Shown in pieces: positions 1 through 8,859 of a DNA stretch of 64,000 nucleotides (position 1 is its first letter; every line of letters begins with the position of its first letter). The position numbers were made by a program, and so were the translations under genes. The notes under the pieces are model-generated. The model did not search any database. It saw only the letters and a program-made list of their open reading frames with translations, and was not told where the DNA came from. Location of the stretch: NCBI GenBank assembly GCA_965203905.1, contig CBDBDQ010000005.1, positions 256,001-320,000 on the forward strand, in the 5' to 3' direction. This stretch comes from Spirochaetia bacterium. GTDB taxonomy: Bacteria > Spirochaetota > Spirochaetia > SZUA-6 > Bin103.

Positions 1-1
1 C

Positions 2-622
2 GGAGCCGGCGTACTCGTAGGCGTAGCCGATGCCGCCCTTCACGCCCAGGGTGGCGATGATGGAGAGGATGATGTCCTTGGCGTACACGCCGGTGCCGAG
101 GGCTCCTTCCACGCGGATGCGGCGCACCTTGGGCTTGGTCACCGCCAGCGTCTGGGTGGCCAGCACGTCGCGCACCTGGGAGGTGCCGATGCCGAAGGCG
201 ATGGTGCCGAAGGCGCCGTGGGTGGAGGTATGGGAGTCCCCGCAGGCGATGGTCATGCCCGGCTGGGTGAGGCCCAGCTCCGGCCCGATGACGTGGACGA
301 TCCCCTGGTACTCCGAGTCCAGGCCGAAGAAGGCGATGTCGTGCGCGGCGGCGTTGCGCTCCAGCGCCTGGTACATCTCCTCGGCCAGCGGATCGCTCAG
401 CGGCCGCTGCTGGCGGTCGGTGGGCACGATGTGGTCCACCGTGGCGAAGGTGCGCTCGGGGTGCAGCACCGGCAGGCCGCGTTCCTCCAGCATCTGGAAC
501 GCCTGCGGCGAGGTCACCTCGTGCACCAGGTGCAGACCGATGAACAACTGGGTCTCGCCGGTCTCCAGGGTGCCGACGGTATGCAGATCCCAGATCTTGT
601 CGAACAACGTAGCTTGCGACAT
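2..622 (-). CDS. leuC: 3-isopropylmalate dehydratase large subunit (5' part; runs off window)
   Basis: The reverse strand from the ATG at 622 reads [16 protein letters not shown]...[13 protein letters not shown]...ATVDH...[10 protein letters not shown]...[13 protein letters not shown]...GIGTSQV, the classic LeuC motifs. Absent from the ORF track because it is open-ended. Confidence 0.95.
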   Translation of the reverse strand, partial: MSQATLFDKIWDLHTVGTLETGETQLFIGLHLVHEVTSPQAFQMLEERGLPVLHPERTFATVDHIVPTDRQQRPLSDPLAEEMYQALERNAAAHDIAFFGLDSEYQGIVHVIGPELGLTQPGMTIACGDSHTSTHGAFGTIAFGIGTSQVRDVLATQTLAVTKPKVRRIRVEGALGTGVYAKDIILSIIATLGVKGGIGYAYEYAGS

Positions 623-744
623 GGGTGCCTCAAGGTATCGCAACGGCGCCCCGGCGACAATGCGCCAGCAACCACGCTTCATGTATGCCGCGTAGCGACC
701 TGCCGAACGCCGAGCACACTGCCGCAGGTCCGCAACCTATGCTG

Positions 745-1455
745 CTACCCTTCCTTGATCACCCGTCCCGAGCCCGAGGTGCGCACGTCTACCCGCGTCG
801 GTGAACCACGGTAGCGGATCGTTCCCGACCCCGAGATGCTGCCGGTAAGGTCGCCGCTTCCCAGCGTCAGCAGCCCATCACCGGAACCTCCGATCCTCAC
901 TTCCGCGCCCGTAAACGTGCACCCTCGCAGGTCAGCCGAGCCCGAGCCGCTGATGCTAACAGAGACGCCATCTCCCTTACAGGCCGGGGCTTCGCCGTGG
1001 ATGAAAACGTCTCCCGAACCGCTGATCGAGATCGTGGCGCCAGCGAGCTTACAACCCTCTACGGTGATGTCGCCGGAGCCGGAGACATCGGCCTCCAACG
1101 CGCCCACCCGGCAACCGTTCACATGTACACTTCCCGAGCCCGACACGCCGAGTTCCAGCGTCGGCGCCTCGAACCCGTGGGCGGCCACCTGACCACTGCC
1201 GCTGACCTGAACCCGTTCCAGCTCTGGCAGCGACACCCGTGCGCGCAGACTCACGCGCCGGAACCACCTCGCCCCTTGCCGCAGGCCGAACCGCAGCGTG
1301 TTGCCGCGCAGTTCCACGCGCACGTCGTCGCGCACGTTGTCGTCGACCTCCACCTCGACGGCGAAGGCTCCCGGCGCTGCCTCAATCCGAGGAAGCAGCG
1401 CGATACACACCCGCAAGCGAGCGGACGGGACAGCACCGATCCCGTTTCGCCCCAC
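745..1455 (-). CDS. DUF2807 / head GIN (putative autotransporter adhesin) beta-helix protein; N-terminus uncertain or truncated
   Basis: VEVDDN..V.VE.RG.TL followed by repeated xSGSGx beta-helix units, ending SGSGTIRYRGSP...SGSGRVIK. Confidence 0.8.
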   Translation of the reverse strand: MGRNGIGAVPSARLRVCIALLPRIEAAPGAFAVEVEVDDNVRDDVRVELRGNTLRFGLRQGARWFRRVSLRARVSLPELERVQVSGSGQVAAHGFEAPTLELGVSGSGSVHVNGCRVGALEADVSGSGDITVEGCKLAGATISISGSGDVFIHGEAPACKGDGVSVSISGSGSADLRGCTFTGAEVRIGGSGDGLLTLGSGDLTGSISGSGTIRYRGSPTRVDVRTSGSGRVIKEG

Positions 1456-1522
1456 TCGCTCAGTTGACGAGGGGAGTCATATGGGGTAGCAGTGGCGGTC
1501 AGGACTTTTTGAGGAGGTTCCC

Positions 1523-3586
1523 ATGACTCACACAGCCAGATACGTCGTCGCCACCTTGGCGCTGCTGCTCGTCGGCGCCCTGCCACTGGCGGCAAGCGGT
1601 GCCGAGGAGGAGGGCGCGATGGGCGCCCAGGCCAACATGGCACTCAGCACGGTGGAGGGCGAACCCTACGTCGACCATATCCACGCCACGCCCGAGGCCT
1701 ACGCGGCCGCGACCGGAAACACCATCGACCGGTTCTTCGAAGCGCCGATGCTGGCCGCCCTGGTAGCCGAGGGCAAGTTGCCGCCGGTGGAAGAGCGCAT
1801 TGGCCAGGATCCGCAGGTGGTGCGTCCCGCGTTCGAAATCGGTCAATACGGCGGTGTGCTGCAGGATGCCGGTCCCGAATTCGAGTCCGGCCAGATCATC
1901 GAGGAGTCGCAGCAGCCGATGGCGAAGTGGCCGCCGGATGCATCGGTCTTCTTTCCCAACATCCCGAAGTCATGGGAGCTTTCAGCCGACGAAAAGGTGT
2001 TCACCCTGCACCTCCGGCGCGGCATGAAGTGGTCCGACGGCGACGACTTCGACGCCGAGGACTTCGAGTTCTTCTACGAGAGCATTCTGAAGAACGAGGC
2101 GATCACCGCGATCGTACCCGAGCCCCGCGAGCGCTATCGCCCGGGCGGCGAGCTGATGACCATGCGCGTCATCGATCGCTACACGGTCGAGTACACCTTC
2201 GCGGTTCCGTTCTTCAACGCGACCCGGGGCGGCTGGGCGCGCGGGCGTGCCTTCGCTCCGGCACACTACCTCGGCCAGTACCACGTCGATCACAACCCCG
2301 ACGCGGCCAGCTTGGCGAAGGAGGAGGGCTACGAGACCTGGATGGAGGCGTTCGCCGCCCACCACTCCGACCGCGGGCACACCGGATCCCTGCCGGTGGC
2401 CTATCGCTTCACGGACCTTCCGGTAACCGACATCTTCGTGCTCAAGGAAGACAATCCCGGCGTGCAGTATTGGGAACGCAATCCCTACTACTGGAAGATC
2501 GATACCGCCGGCAACCAGCTCCCCTACGCCGACGGGGTGCAGCAACTGAAGCTGGAGAACCCGGCCCAGGTCATTCCCGGCAAGGTGATGGCAGGGGAGA
2601 TCGACTGGCCCGGCTTCTGGATGATGGATCCGGCCGAGTTGCCGGTCTACCGGCGCAATGAAGACTCCGGCGGGTACCAGGCCCACCTGTGGACCAACGA
2701 ATCCACCTCCACGACGCTGGCGATCGCGTTCAACTACACCCACAAGGATCCGGTCAAGCGGGAGATCTTCAACGACCTGCGGTTCCGTCAGGCAATGTCG
2801 CTGGCGATCAACCGCCAGGAGATGAGCGACAAGCTGTTCCTGGGCCAGGTCGAACCGTTCATTCCGTCGGTGCCGCGCCACTGGACCGGCTTCGAGGACT
2901 GGATGGCCACGCACTACGCCGAGTACGACGTGGAGCGCGCCAACGAGTTGCTGGACGAGATGGGCCTGGAGTGGGATGCCGATCGCAAGTGGCGGCTGCA
3001 GCCGGACGGCAAGCCGATCTTCATCGACGGCACGCACCTGCACTCCAGCCAGACCCTCATCGACGCCATCGACCTCCTGGCCACCTACTGGGCGGCAGTC
3101 GGGGTGAGGATGGAGCCCAAGCGGGTGCAGTATCCGCTGTGGTTCGAGCTGGGACAGGCGAACGAGCTGGACGCCGCGTTCGATCGTACCGGCGGCGGCG
3201 CCGAGGTCACGGCCCAGTCAGCCTACCCGTTGCGCCTCATCCCGCCGTGGCACTGGATTCACTGCTGCCCCGTGGCGGCCTATCCGTGGGGCCAGTGGTA
3301 TCACAGCGGCGGCGCCGAGGGCGAAGAGCCGCCGCCCGAGATCAAGCGCCTGTTTGAAATCACCGACGAGTGGCTGGCGGCCCGGCCCGGCACGCCCGAG
3401 TACGAGGCGGCGTCGAACGAGCTGCTCACCCTGAACGTCGAGGGCATGTACCTGGTCGGGACGGTGAGCAATCCGCCGGTGGTGGTGGCCGTGAACAACC
3501 GTATCGGCAACGTGCCGGAGAAGAGCTTCTTCCTGCTCAGCGCCGCGGAGCCGTTCAACATGGACACGCTCTACATCAAGCAGTAG
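1523..3586 (+). CDS. ABC transporter substrate-binding protein, family 5 (peptide/nickel-like)
   Basis: Signal peptide; EAPML...GKLPPVEER; KWSDG..F.AED; RNPYYWKID.AGNQLPY; FRQAMSLAINR. GAGGAGG RBS at 1511-1517. Confidence 0.93.
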   Translation: MTHTARYVVATLALLLVGALPLAASGAEEEGAMGAQANMALSTVEGEPYVDHIHATPEAYAAATGNTIDRFFEAPMLAALVAEGKLPPVEERIGQDPQVVRPAFEIGQYGGVLQDAGPEFESGQIIEESQQPMAKWPPDASVFFPNIPKSWELSADEKVFTLHLRRGMKWSDGDDFDAEDFEFFYESILKNEAITAIVPEPRERYRPGGELMTMRVIDRYTVEYTFAVPFFNATRGGWARGRAFAPAHYLGQYHVDHNPDAASLAKEEGYETWMEAFAAHHSDRGHTGSLPVAYRFTDLPVTDIFVLKEDNPGVQYWERNPYYWKIDTAGNQLPYADGVQQLKLENPAQVIPGKVMAGEIDWPGFWMMDPAELPVYRRNEDSGGYQAHLWTNESTSTTLAIAFNYTHKDPVKREIFNDLRFRQAMSLAINRQEMSDKLFLGQVEPFIPSVPRHWTGFEDWMATHYAEYDVERANELLDEMGLEWDADRKWRLQPDGKPIFIDGTHLHSSQTLIDAIDLLATYWAAVGVRMEPKRVQYPLWFELGQANELDAAFDRTGGGAEVTAQSAYPLRLIPPWHWIHCCPVAAYPWGQWYHSGGAEGEEPPPEIKRLFEITDEWLAARPGTPEYEAASNELLTLNVEGMYLVGTVSNPPVVVAVNNRIGNVPEKSFFLLSAAEPFNMDTLYIKQ

Positions 3587-3612
3587 GCGCGCCGGGCCGG
3601 CGCGACTGCACT

Positions 3613-3655
3613 GAGAGGGGCCCGAGCAGGTTCGCCAGCCGCTCGGGCCTCCCTC
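3613..3655 (+). terminator. GC-rich stem-loop between SBP and permease genes (terminator or mRNA-stabilising hairpin)
   Basis: gagaggggcccgagc...gctcgggcctccctc inverted repeat directly after the SBP stop; no poly-T tail. Confidence 0.5.
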
Positions 3656-3668
3656 GGTACACCAACCG

Positions 3669-4661
3669 ATGACCAGCTACATCCTGCGCCGCGTGATCTA
3701 CATGCTCCTCCTCATGTGGCTGCTCACGGTGGTTTCGTTCGTAATCATCCAGTTGCCCAAGGGTGATTACGTTTCCACCATCGCCCTCAAGCTGTCGATC
3801 CGCGGCGAGGAGGTGAGCAGGGAACTGCTCGATGGCCTGCGCCGGCGCTACGGTCTCGACCGCCCGATGCACATTCAGTATCTCAAGTGGTTCGGCAACG
3901 TCCTGCAGGGCGAGTTCGGACATTCGTTCCTGCTCGGCAAGCCGGTGCACGAGGTCATCGGCGAGCGGCTGGCACTCACCATGCTGATATCGGTGTGCTC
4001 GCTCGCGTTCACCTACTGCATGGCGATTCCCATCGGGATCTACTCCGCGACCCACCAGTATCGTCCGGGCGACTACCTGTTCATGGTGCTCGGATTCATC
4101 GGTCTGGCCACGCCGAACTTCCTGCTCGCAGTCATCTTCATGTTCTTTTCTCTCGAGGTGGGCCTGAGCGTGGGCGGGCTGTTCTCTCCGGAGTACATGC
4201 GCGCCGGGTGGAGCCTGGGGAAACTGCTCGACCTGGTGAAGCACCTGCCGCTCCCGGTAGTGATCGTGGGGACCGCGGGTACCGCCGGCCTGATCCGGAT
4301 CATGCGCGGACAATTGCTGGACGAGCTGGAACGCCAGTACGTGATCACGGCGCGCGCCAAGGGGGTCCGGGAAGGTACGCTGCTGTTCAAGTATCCGGTC
4401 CGCGTCGCAATCAACCCCATGATCAGCACCGTGGGCTGGCTGCTGCCCACCATCGTGTCCGGAGAGATAATCGTTTCCCTGGTGCTGGGGCTGCCAACCG
4501 TGGGTCCGTTGCTGTTCACGGCGCTCACCAGTGAGGACATGTTCCTGGCGGCGACGTTGCTGCTGTTTCTCAACTTTCTCACGGTGATAGGCACCTTGAT
4601 CTCGGACATCCTGCTGACCATGACCGATCCGCGGATTCGATTTACCGCGCAGAACGCATGA
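3669..4661 (+). CDS. ABC transporter permease (OppB/DppB-like)
   Basis: YILRR N-terminus, YGLDRP..QY..W, EAA-type loop YVITARAKG, DPRIR C-terminus. Confidence 0.93.
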   Translation: MTSYILRRVIYMLLLMWLLTVVSFVIIQLPKGDYVSTIALKLSIRGEEVSRELLDGLRRRYGLDRPMHIQYLKWFGNVLQGEFGHSFLLGKPVHEVIGERLALTMLISVCSLAFTYCMAIPIGIYSATHQYRPGDYLFMVLGFIGLATPNFLLAVIFMFFSLEVGLSVGGLFSPEYMRAGWSLGKLLDLVKHLPLPVVIVGTAGTAGLIRIMRGQLLDELERQYVITARAKGVREGTLLFKYPVRVAINPMISTVGWLLPTIVSGEIIVSLVLGLPTVGPLLFTALTSEDMFLAATLLLFLNFLTVIGTLISDILLTMTDPRIRFTAQNA

Positions 4662-5782
4662 GTGCCCCGGCAGCCGAGCGCAGCGATGCCGACGCCGCGG
4701 TCGAGGCCTACTACATCGCCTCGCAGTGGCAACTCATGTGGCGCAAGTTCCGGCGTCATCACCTGGCGATCGTCGGGGCGATCATCCTCGGGGTGTTCTA
4801 CCTGACGGCAGTCTTCTGCGGCTTCTTCTCGCCCTATCCGCCCGATCAGTTGATCGGGGACGCCGGCCACCATCCGCCGTCCCGCATCCGCCTGTTCCAC
4901 GAAGGACGACTGGTGGGTCCGTTCGTCTATGGCATCGCCTCCGAGGTGGATCAGGAGGCGTTCATCAGGGTCTACACCGAGGATCGCAGCGTTCGGTTTC
5001 CGCTGCGCTTCTTCACGAGCGGTGCGGAGTACCGTCTGCTCGGGTTGTTCCCGAGCCGGGTGCGGCTGTTCGGCGTGGAAGCGCCGGGTGCGGTGTTTCT
5101 GTTCGGCAGCGACAAGCTGAGCCGCGACCTGTTCTCGCGCACCATCTGCGCGGCCCGCATTTCGCTCTCGATCGGGCTCCTGGGCGTGGCGTCCTCGTTC
5201 GTCATCGGGGTCGCTTTGGGGGGTCTCTCGGGCTACTACGGCGGACGCGTGGACATGCTCATCCAGCGCATCATCGAGTTTCTCATCTCCATTCCTACCA
5301 TTCCACTGTGGATGGCACTCGCCGCCGCGCTGCCCCGCGAGTGGAGCGTGATTCAGATCTACTTCGCCATCGTGCTGATCCTGTCGCTGGTGAAGTGGGG
5401 CGGACTGGCGCGGGTGGTGCGCGGAAAACTGCTGGAGCTGCGGGAGCACGACTTCACGATGGCTGCGCGCATCGCCGGGATGCGTGAGATCGGCATCATC
5501 GGCCGCCACCTGCTCCCCTCCTTCGCCAGCTACCTCATCGTGCACCTGACGCTGGCGGTACCCGACATGATCATTGCCGAAACGGCGCTCAGCTTCCTCG
5601 GACTCGGGATGCAGAGCCCCGCGCTGAGCTGGGGAGTATTGCTGCAGCGGGCGCAGAATTTTCGCAGCATCGCCGTGTTTCCGTGGCTGCTGATCCCCGC
5701 GCTGTTCGTGGTCATCACCGTTATGGCGTTCAACTTCCTGGGCGACGGCCTGCGCGATGCGGCCGATCCCTACAAGCGATGA
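4658..5782 (+). CDS. ABC transporter permease (OppC/DppC-like)
   Basis: ASQWQLMWRKF, GSDKLSRDL, ETALSFLGLG, FNFLGDGLRDAADPY; ATGA overlap with the upstream gene. Confidence 0.93.
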   Translation: MSAPAAERSDADAAVEAYYIASQWQLMWRKFRRHHLAIVGAIILGVFYLTAVFCGFFSPYPPDQLIGDAGHHPPSRIRLFHEGRLVGPFVYGIASEVDQEAFIRVYTEDRSVRFPLRFFTSGAEYRLLGLFPSRVRLFGVEAPGAVFLFGSDKLSRDLFSRTICAARISLSIGLLGVASSFVIGVALGGLSGYYGGRVDMLIQRIIEFLISIPTIPLWMALAAALPREWSVIQIYFAIVLILSLVKWGGLARVVRGKLLELREHDFTMAARIAGMREIGIIGRHLLPSFASYLIVHLTLAVPDMIIAETALSFLGLGMQSPALSWGVLLQRAQNFRSIAVFPWLLIPALFVVITVMAFNFLGDGLRDAADPYKR

Positions 5783-5783
5783 T

Positions 5784-7505
5784 TCACCCGTTCGCCGGGA
5801 GCGTCCGCAGCAAACCTCGAGGCGTGATCACGACCGTCTGCCGGGTGGCCACCTCGACGAACTCGGTGCGCGATCCGTCGGGCCAGTCCACCCGCAGTTC
5901 GGGGACGCTGTCGGCCTCCGCGAGTCCGAAGTGGGCGGACAGCTCGGCGACGCTGAGATAGGTGCTGCCGCCGTGTATCAGGCGGTGCTGCCACTGGTCT
6001 CCCAACCGTACCGACACCCGCGCGCCGAACCCGTTCGGAGCCAGGTGAGGGTGCCCGCCGGTGTCCAGAAACACCCGCAGCCATGCCGTGCGTGGGCCGC
6101 CCAGGTCGTTCCGGTACAGGTTGACCGGCCCGAGCTGATTGAAGATCAGGATGTCCTGGTCGCCGTCGTTGTCGAAGTCGGCGTTGACCAGGCCGCGCCC
6201 CTGCCCGGTGTGTGACAGCCCGTGGGCGCCGGAGGCGTTGGCGAAGAGGAGCGGTCCGGAGCCCGCCTGGCGGTTCAGGTACACGCGCGTGATCTCGTGG
6301 TCCCACTCCAGCTCGTAGTCGAGGTTGCGTTTCGGCCAGCCGTTGGTGGCCACGAGGTCGAGGCGCAGGTCGTGGTCGAGATCCACGGCCACCGTGCCCC
6401 ACCCCCAGCCACCGTCGCTGACCCTGGCCTCGCGTGCCGCTTCGACGAAGCGGTGCTGTCCCCGGTTGAGGTACAGCATGTTGCCGCTGCCCACCAGGCG
6501 CACCGGCTCGTCCACCTGCACCGAGGTGACGTACCAGTCGAGCAGCCCGTCGTTGTCGAGGTCGCCGACGGCGCTGCCCATGCCGTTGGCATCGAGGCCG
6601 GTGCCGGAGACGGGGGTCAGGTCCGAGAACGTCCCGTTGCCGTTGTTCCGGAAGTAGCGGCTCATGCCGAAGTCGGCCACCAGCAGCAGCTCGGGGTAGC
6701 GGTCGCCATCCATGTCGGCGAAGGTGGCGCCGAAGCCCATCACGTCCGTCTCCACGCCCGCGCCCCCCGTCACCAGCGCGAACGTGCCGTCGCCGTTGTT
6801 GCGGTACAGGACGTTGCCGAACGAGCCGGGCAGGTAGCCGGTCACGAACAGGTCCAGGTCGCCGTCCAGGTCGTAGTCACCGAAGGCCGCCCCCATGCCG
6901 TCCGCGCTGTCCCGCGAGGAGTATGCGACTCCCGCACTGCCCGCTACCTCCGTAAAGGTGGGCACGCCCACGCCGCGCTCACTCACGCCGCCGGTCCCAT
7001 TGTTGCGGTAGAGCCGGTGGCGGCCGGGCACGGCCGGCACTCCCGCCTCGCCCAGGCTGGTGACGAACAGGTCGAGCCAGCCGTCCCCGTCGTAGTCGCC
7101 GACCGCGGCACCGATGCCACGGTGGGCTGCCGCCAGCCCCGCCTCCCGCGCGTGGTCGCTGAAGGTGCCGTCGCCGTTGTTCAGGTAGAGCGCGTCCGGA
7201 GCGCCGCCTCCGGCGAGGAACAGCAGGTCCTGCCAGCCGTCGTTGTTGAAGTCGCCCACGGCGCCGCCGCCCCCCATCGCCGGAACCCCGTCCGGCAACG
7301 GCGCACGGGCCGCGGTTAGCGCCGCGGCGCCACTGACGTCCGTGAACCTGAGTTCGCCGTGGGCGTCGCTGGCGGCGGCATGAAGCGCGACGGCGAGGAC
7401 CGCGGCGCCCAACCTGCTCCGTGCGCTGCAACTCGCCCTGCCGGCCGGCGCCTCGCACGACCCGCGCGGCCGGAGGGCGACTATGCTGCCTGCGCCGGAA
7501 GTCAC
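5784..7505 (-). CDS. CRTAC1-family protein (FG-GAP repeats + ASPIC/UnbV domain)
   Basis: Repeated GDxxxDGxxDL / LYRNNGDGTF units and C-terminal GARV...GGSTYLS...HFGL...VDWPDG; exact start uncertain. Confidence 0.9.
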   Translation of the reverse strand: MTSGAGSIVALRPRGSCEAPAGRASCSARSRLGAAVLAVALHAAASDAHGELRFTDVSGAAALTAARAPLPDGVPAMGGGGAVGDFNNDGWQDLLFLAGGGAPDALYLNNGDGTFSDHAREAGLAAAHRGIGAAVGDYDGDGWLDLFVTSLGEAGVPAVPGRHRLYRNNGTGGVSERGVGVPTFTEVAGSAGVAYSSRDSADGMGAAFGDYDLDGDLDLFVTGYLPGSFGNVLYRNNGDGTFALVTGGAGVETDVMGFGATFADMDGDRYPELLLVADFGMSRYFRNNGNGTFSDLTPVSGTGLDANGMGSAVGDLDNDGLLDWYVTSVQVDEPVRLVGSGNMLYLNRGQHRFVEAAREARVSDGGWGWGTVAVDLDHDLRLDLVATNGWPKRNLDYELEWDHEITRVYLNRQAGSGPLLFANASGAHGLSHTGQGRGLVNADFDNDGDQDILIFNQLGPVNLYRNDLGGPRTAWLRVFLDTGGHPHLAPNGFGARVSVRLGDQWQHRLIHGGSTYLSVAELSAHFGLAEADSVPELRVDWPDGSRTEFVEVATRQTVVITPRGLLRTLPANG

Positions 7506-7544
7506 GATCCTCTGATCTGGCGCCGGCTGGCCACCGGCGGGCTC

Positions 7545-8342
7545 CTAGGCGAGCATGTCCTTGAAGGCGCCCGGCGGCACCGGAACGGGCCGGCCGAGCA
7601 TCCACTGCCACATCTCGGTGCGCAGCTCCCACTCCTTGTAGTGGTCGGAGGAGTGGTCGACGGGTCCGACGTGCGCACGGATGTGGCGCGGGGCGACTTC
7701 CGGGAGCGTTTCCGGCTCGTGGTTCCAGCTCGGCTCCGTCGGCGTGGACGTCCGGTCGAACAGGAACTTGAGCATGTAGCGGTAGCGGCCGGTCAGGTTG
7801 CGGGTGGCGGCGTGCCAGAGGTCGTAGTGGGTGATGGCCACGGTCCCGGCGGCCACCGCCAGCGGCACCTGGCCCTTGATGTTGGCGTAGGTCGCCAGCC
7901 GCTCGGTGGGGGCGTTGCGTAAGTGGGTACCGGGCATGATGATGGTCGGTCCCTGCTCGGGCGGTACGTCATGCGGGTAATACATCGCCAGCACGCACCA
8001 GACCTGGTGATGGCGTACGTTGGTGCCGTCCTGATGCCAGTTCTGGCTGCGTGACCCGGGCGCGTTTACGTGCAGGTGGCGATGGCCATTCATCACGTAG
8101 TCGCCGCCGAGGAGGCTGATCAGCGCGCCGCGCACCTCCGGGTGGGCGTAGACCTGGTGCAGCAGCGGGACGGAATCGAGGATTTCGTTGCCGACGCGCT
8201 TCACCTCGCCGCACTGCTCGGCGATCGCCTCGTTGAGGCCCTCAGGGTACTCGGGGTGCAGCAGGTGATAGCCGTGGGTGATGAAGCGCAGCACCTGGTC
8301 GTCGGATAGCAGCCGTGGCGGCTGCGTGCTCAGATCAGTCAT
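7545..8342 (-). CDS. Phytanoyl-CoA dioxygenase (PhyH)-family Fe(II)/2OG dioxygenase
   Basis: F...GY N-terminus, WHQD iron motif, GPT..MPGTH, distal WHAA..N; start taken at MTDL (8342), overlapping the upstream gene. Confidence 0.88.
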   Translation of the reverse strand: MTDLSTQPPRLLSDDQVLRFITHGYHLLHPEYPEGLNEAIAEQCGEVKRVGNEILDSVPLLHQVYAHPEVRGALISLLGGDYVMNGHRHLHVNAPGSRSQNWHQDGTNVRHHQVWCVLAMYYPHDVPPEQGPTIIMPGTHLRNAPTERLATYANIKGQVPLAVAAGTVAITHYDLWHAATRNLTGRYRYMLKFLFDRTSTPTEPSWNHEPETLPEVAPRHIRAHVGPVDHSSDHYKEWELRTEMWQWMLGRPVPVPPGAFKDMLA

Positions 8343-8748
8343 CGTACTCCTCCATTTTCTCGAGGATGAACTCATGTCCCATCAGGTCGATCTCACGATC
8401 GTCGAACGGCGCCCGCTGCTGCGGAAAGTGGACCACGCGCCAGCCTTCAACTATGGCGTCGTGGACGTTGCGGTAGGGCAGCTCGGGAGCCTGCGGATCG
8501 ATCTCGGTGACCGCCCCGGCGACAGGCTCGTGGATGGCGGCGGCCACCAGGTTGGCGTGGATGCTCGGCGTGTTGGCGTGCAGGTACAGCAGCCGCTGGC
8601 GCAGCCGGCGGCGGGAGCCGCGGGCATCGGCCAGTAACCGGTCGAGGTCGCTCTCGCTCAGGCCGCCTCCCGCCTGCAGTTTGCGGCGCGCGGCGTCCAC
8701 CCACGCGGCGACTGGATCGGCTGGGGAAGGCTTCGAGGCGGCTGACAT
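8335..8748 (-). CDS. Hypothetical protein coupled to PhyH gene
   Basis: 137-aa ORF with host-like codon usage, overlapping the PhyH start; RQRLLYL...PYxNVHDAIVEGWRVVHFP...EFILEK. Confidence 0.75.
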   Translation of the reverse strand: MSAASKPSPADPVAAWVDAARRKLQAGGGLSESDLDRLLADARGSRRRLRQRLLYLHANTPSIHANLVAAAIHEPVAGAVTEIDPQAPELPYRNVHDAIVEGWRVVHFPQQRAPFDDREIDLMGHEFILEKMEEYDD

Positions 8749-8790
8749 CGCGAATGCTCGTGTCCACTACCCTACCCCATACCCGGAAGA

Positions 8791-8846
8791 AGTACGACCC
8801 CACCCGGCCAGCCGGCGGCCGGCTGAGGTCCGGGTGGGGTCGTACT
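8791..8846 (-). terminator. Long stem-loop downstream of SBP gene
   Basis: agtacgaccccacccgg ... ccgggtggggtcgtact, a 17-bp perfect inverted repeat with an inner cagccgg/ccggctg stem. Confidence 0.6.
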
Positions 8847-8859
8847 CAACTCGGGTCGT

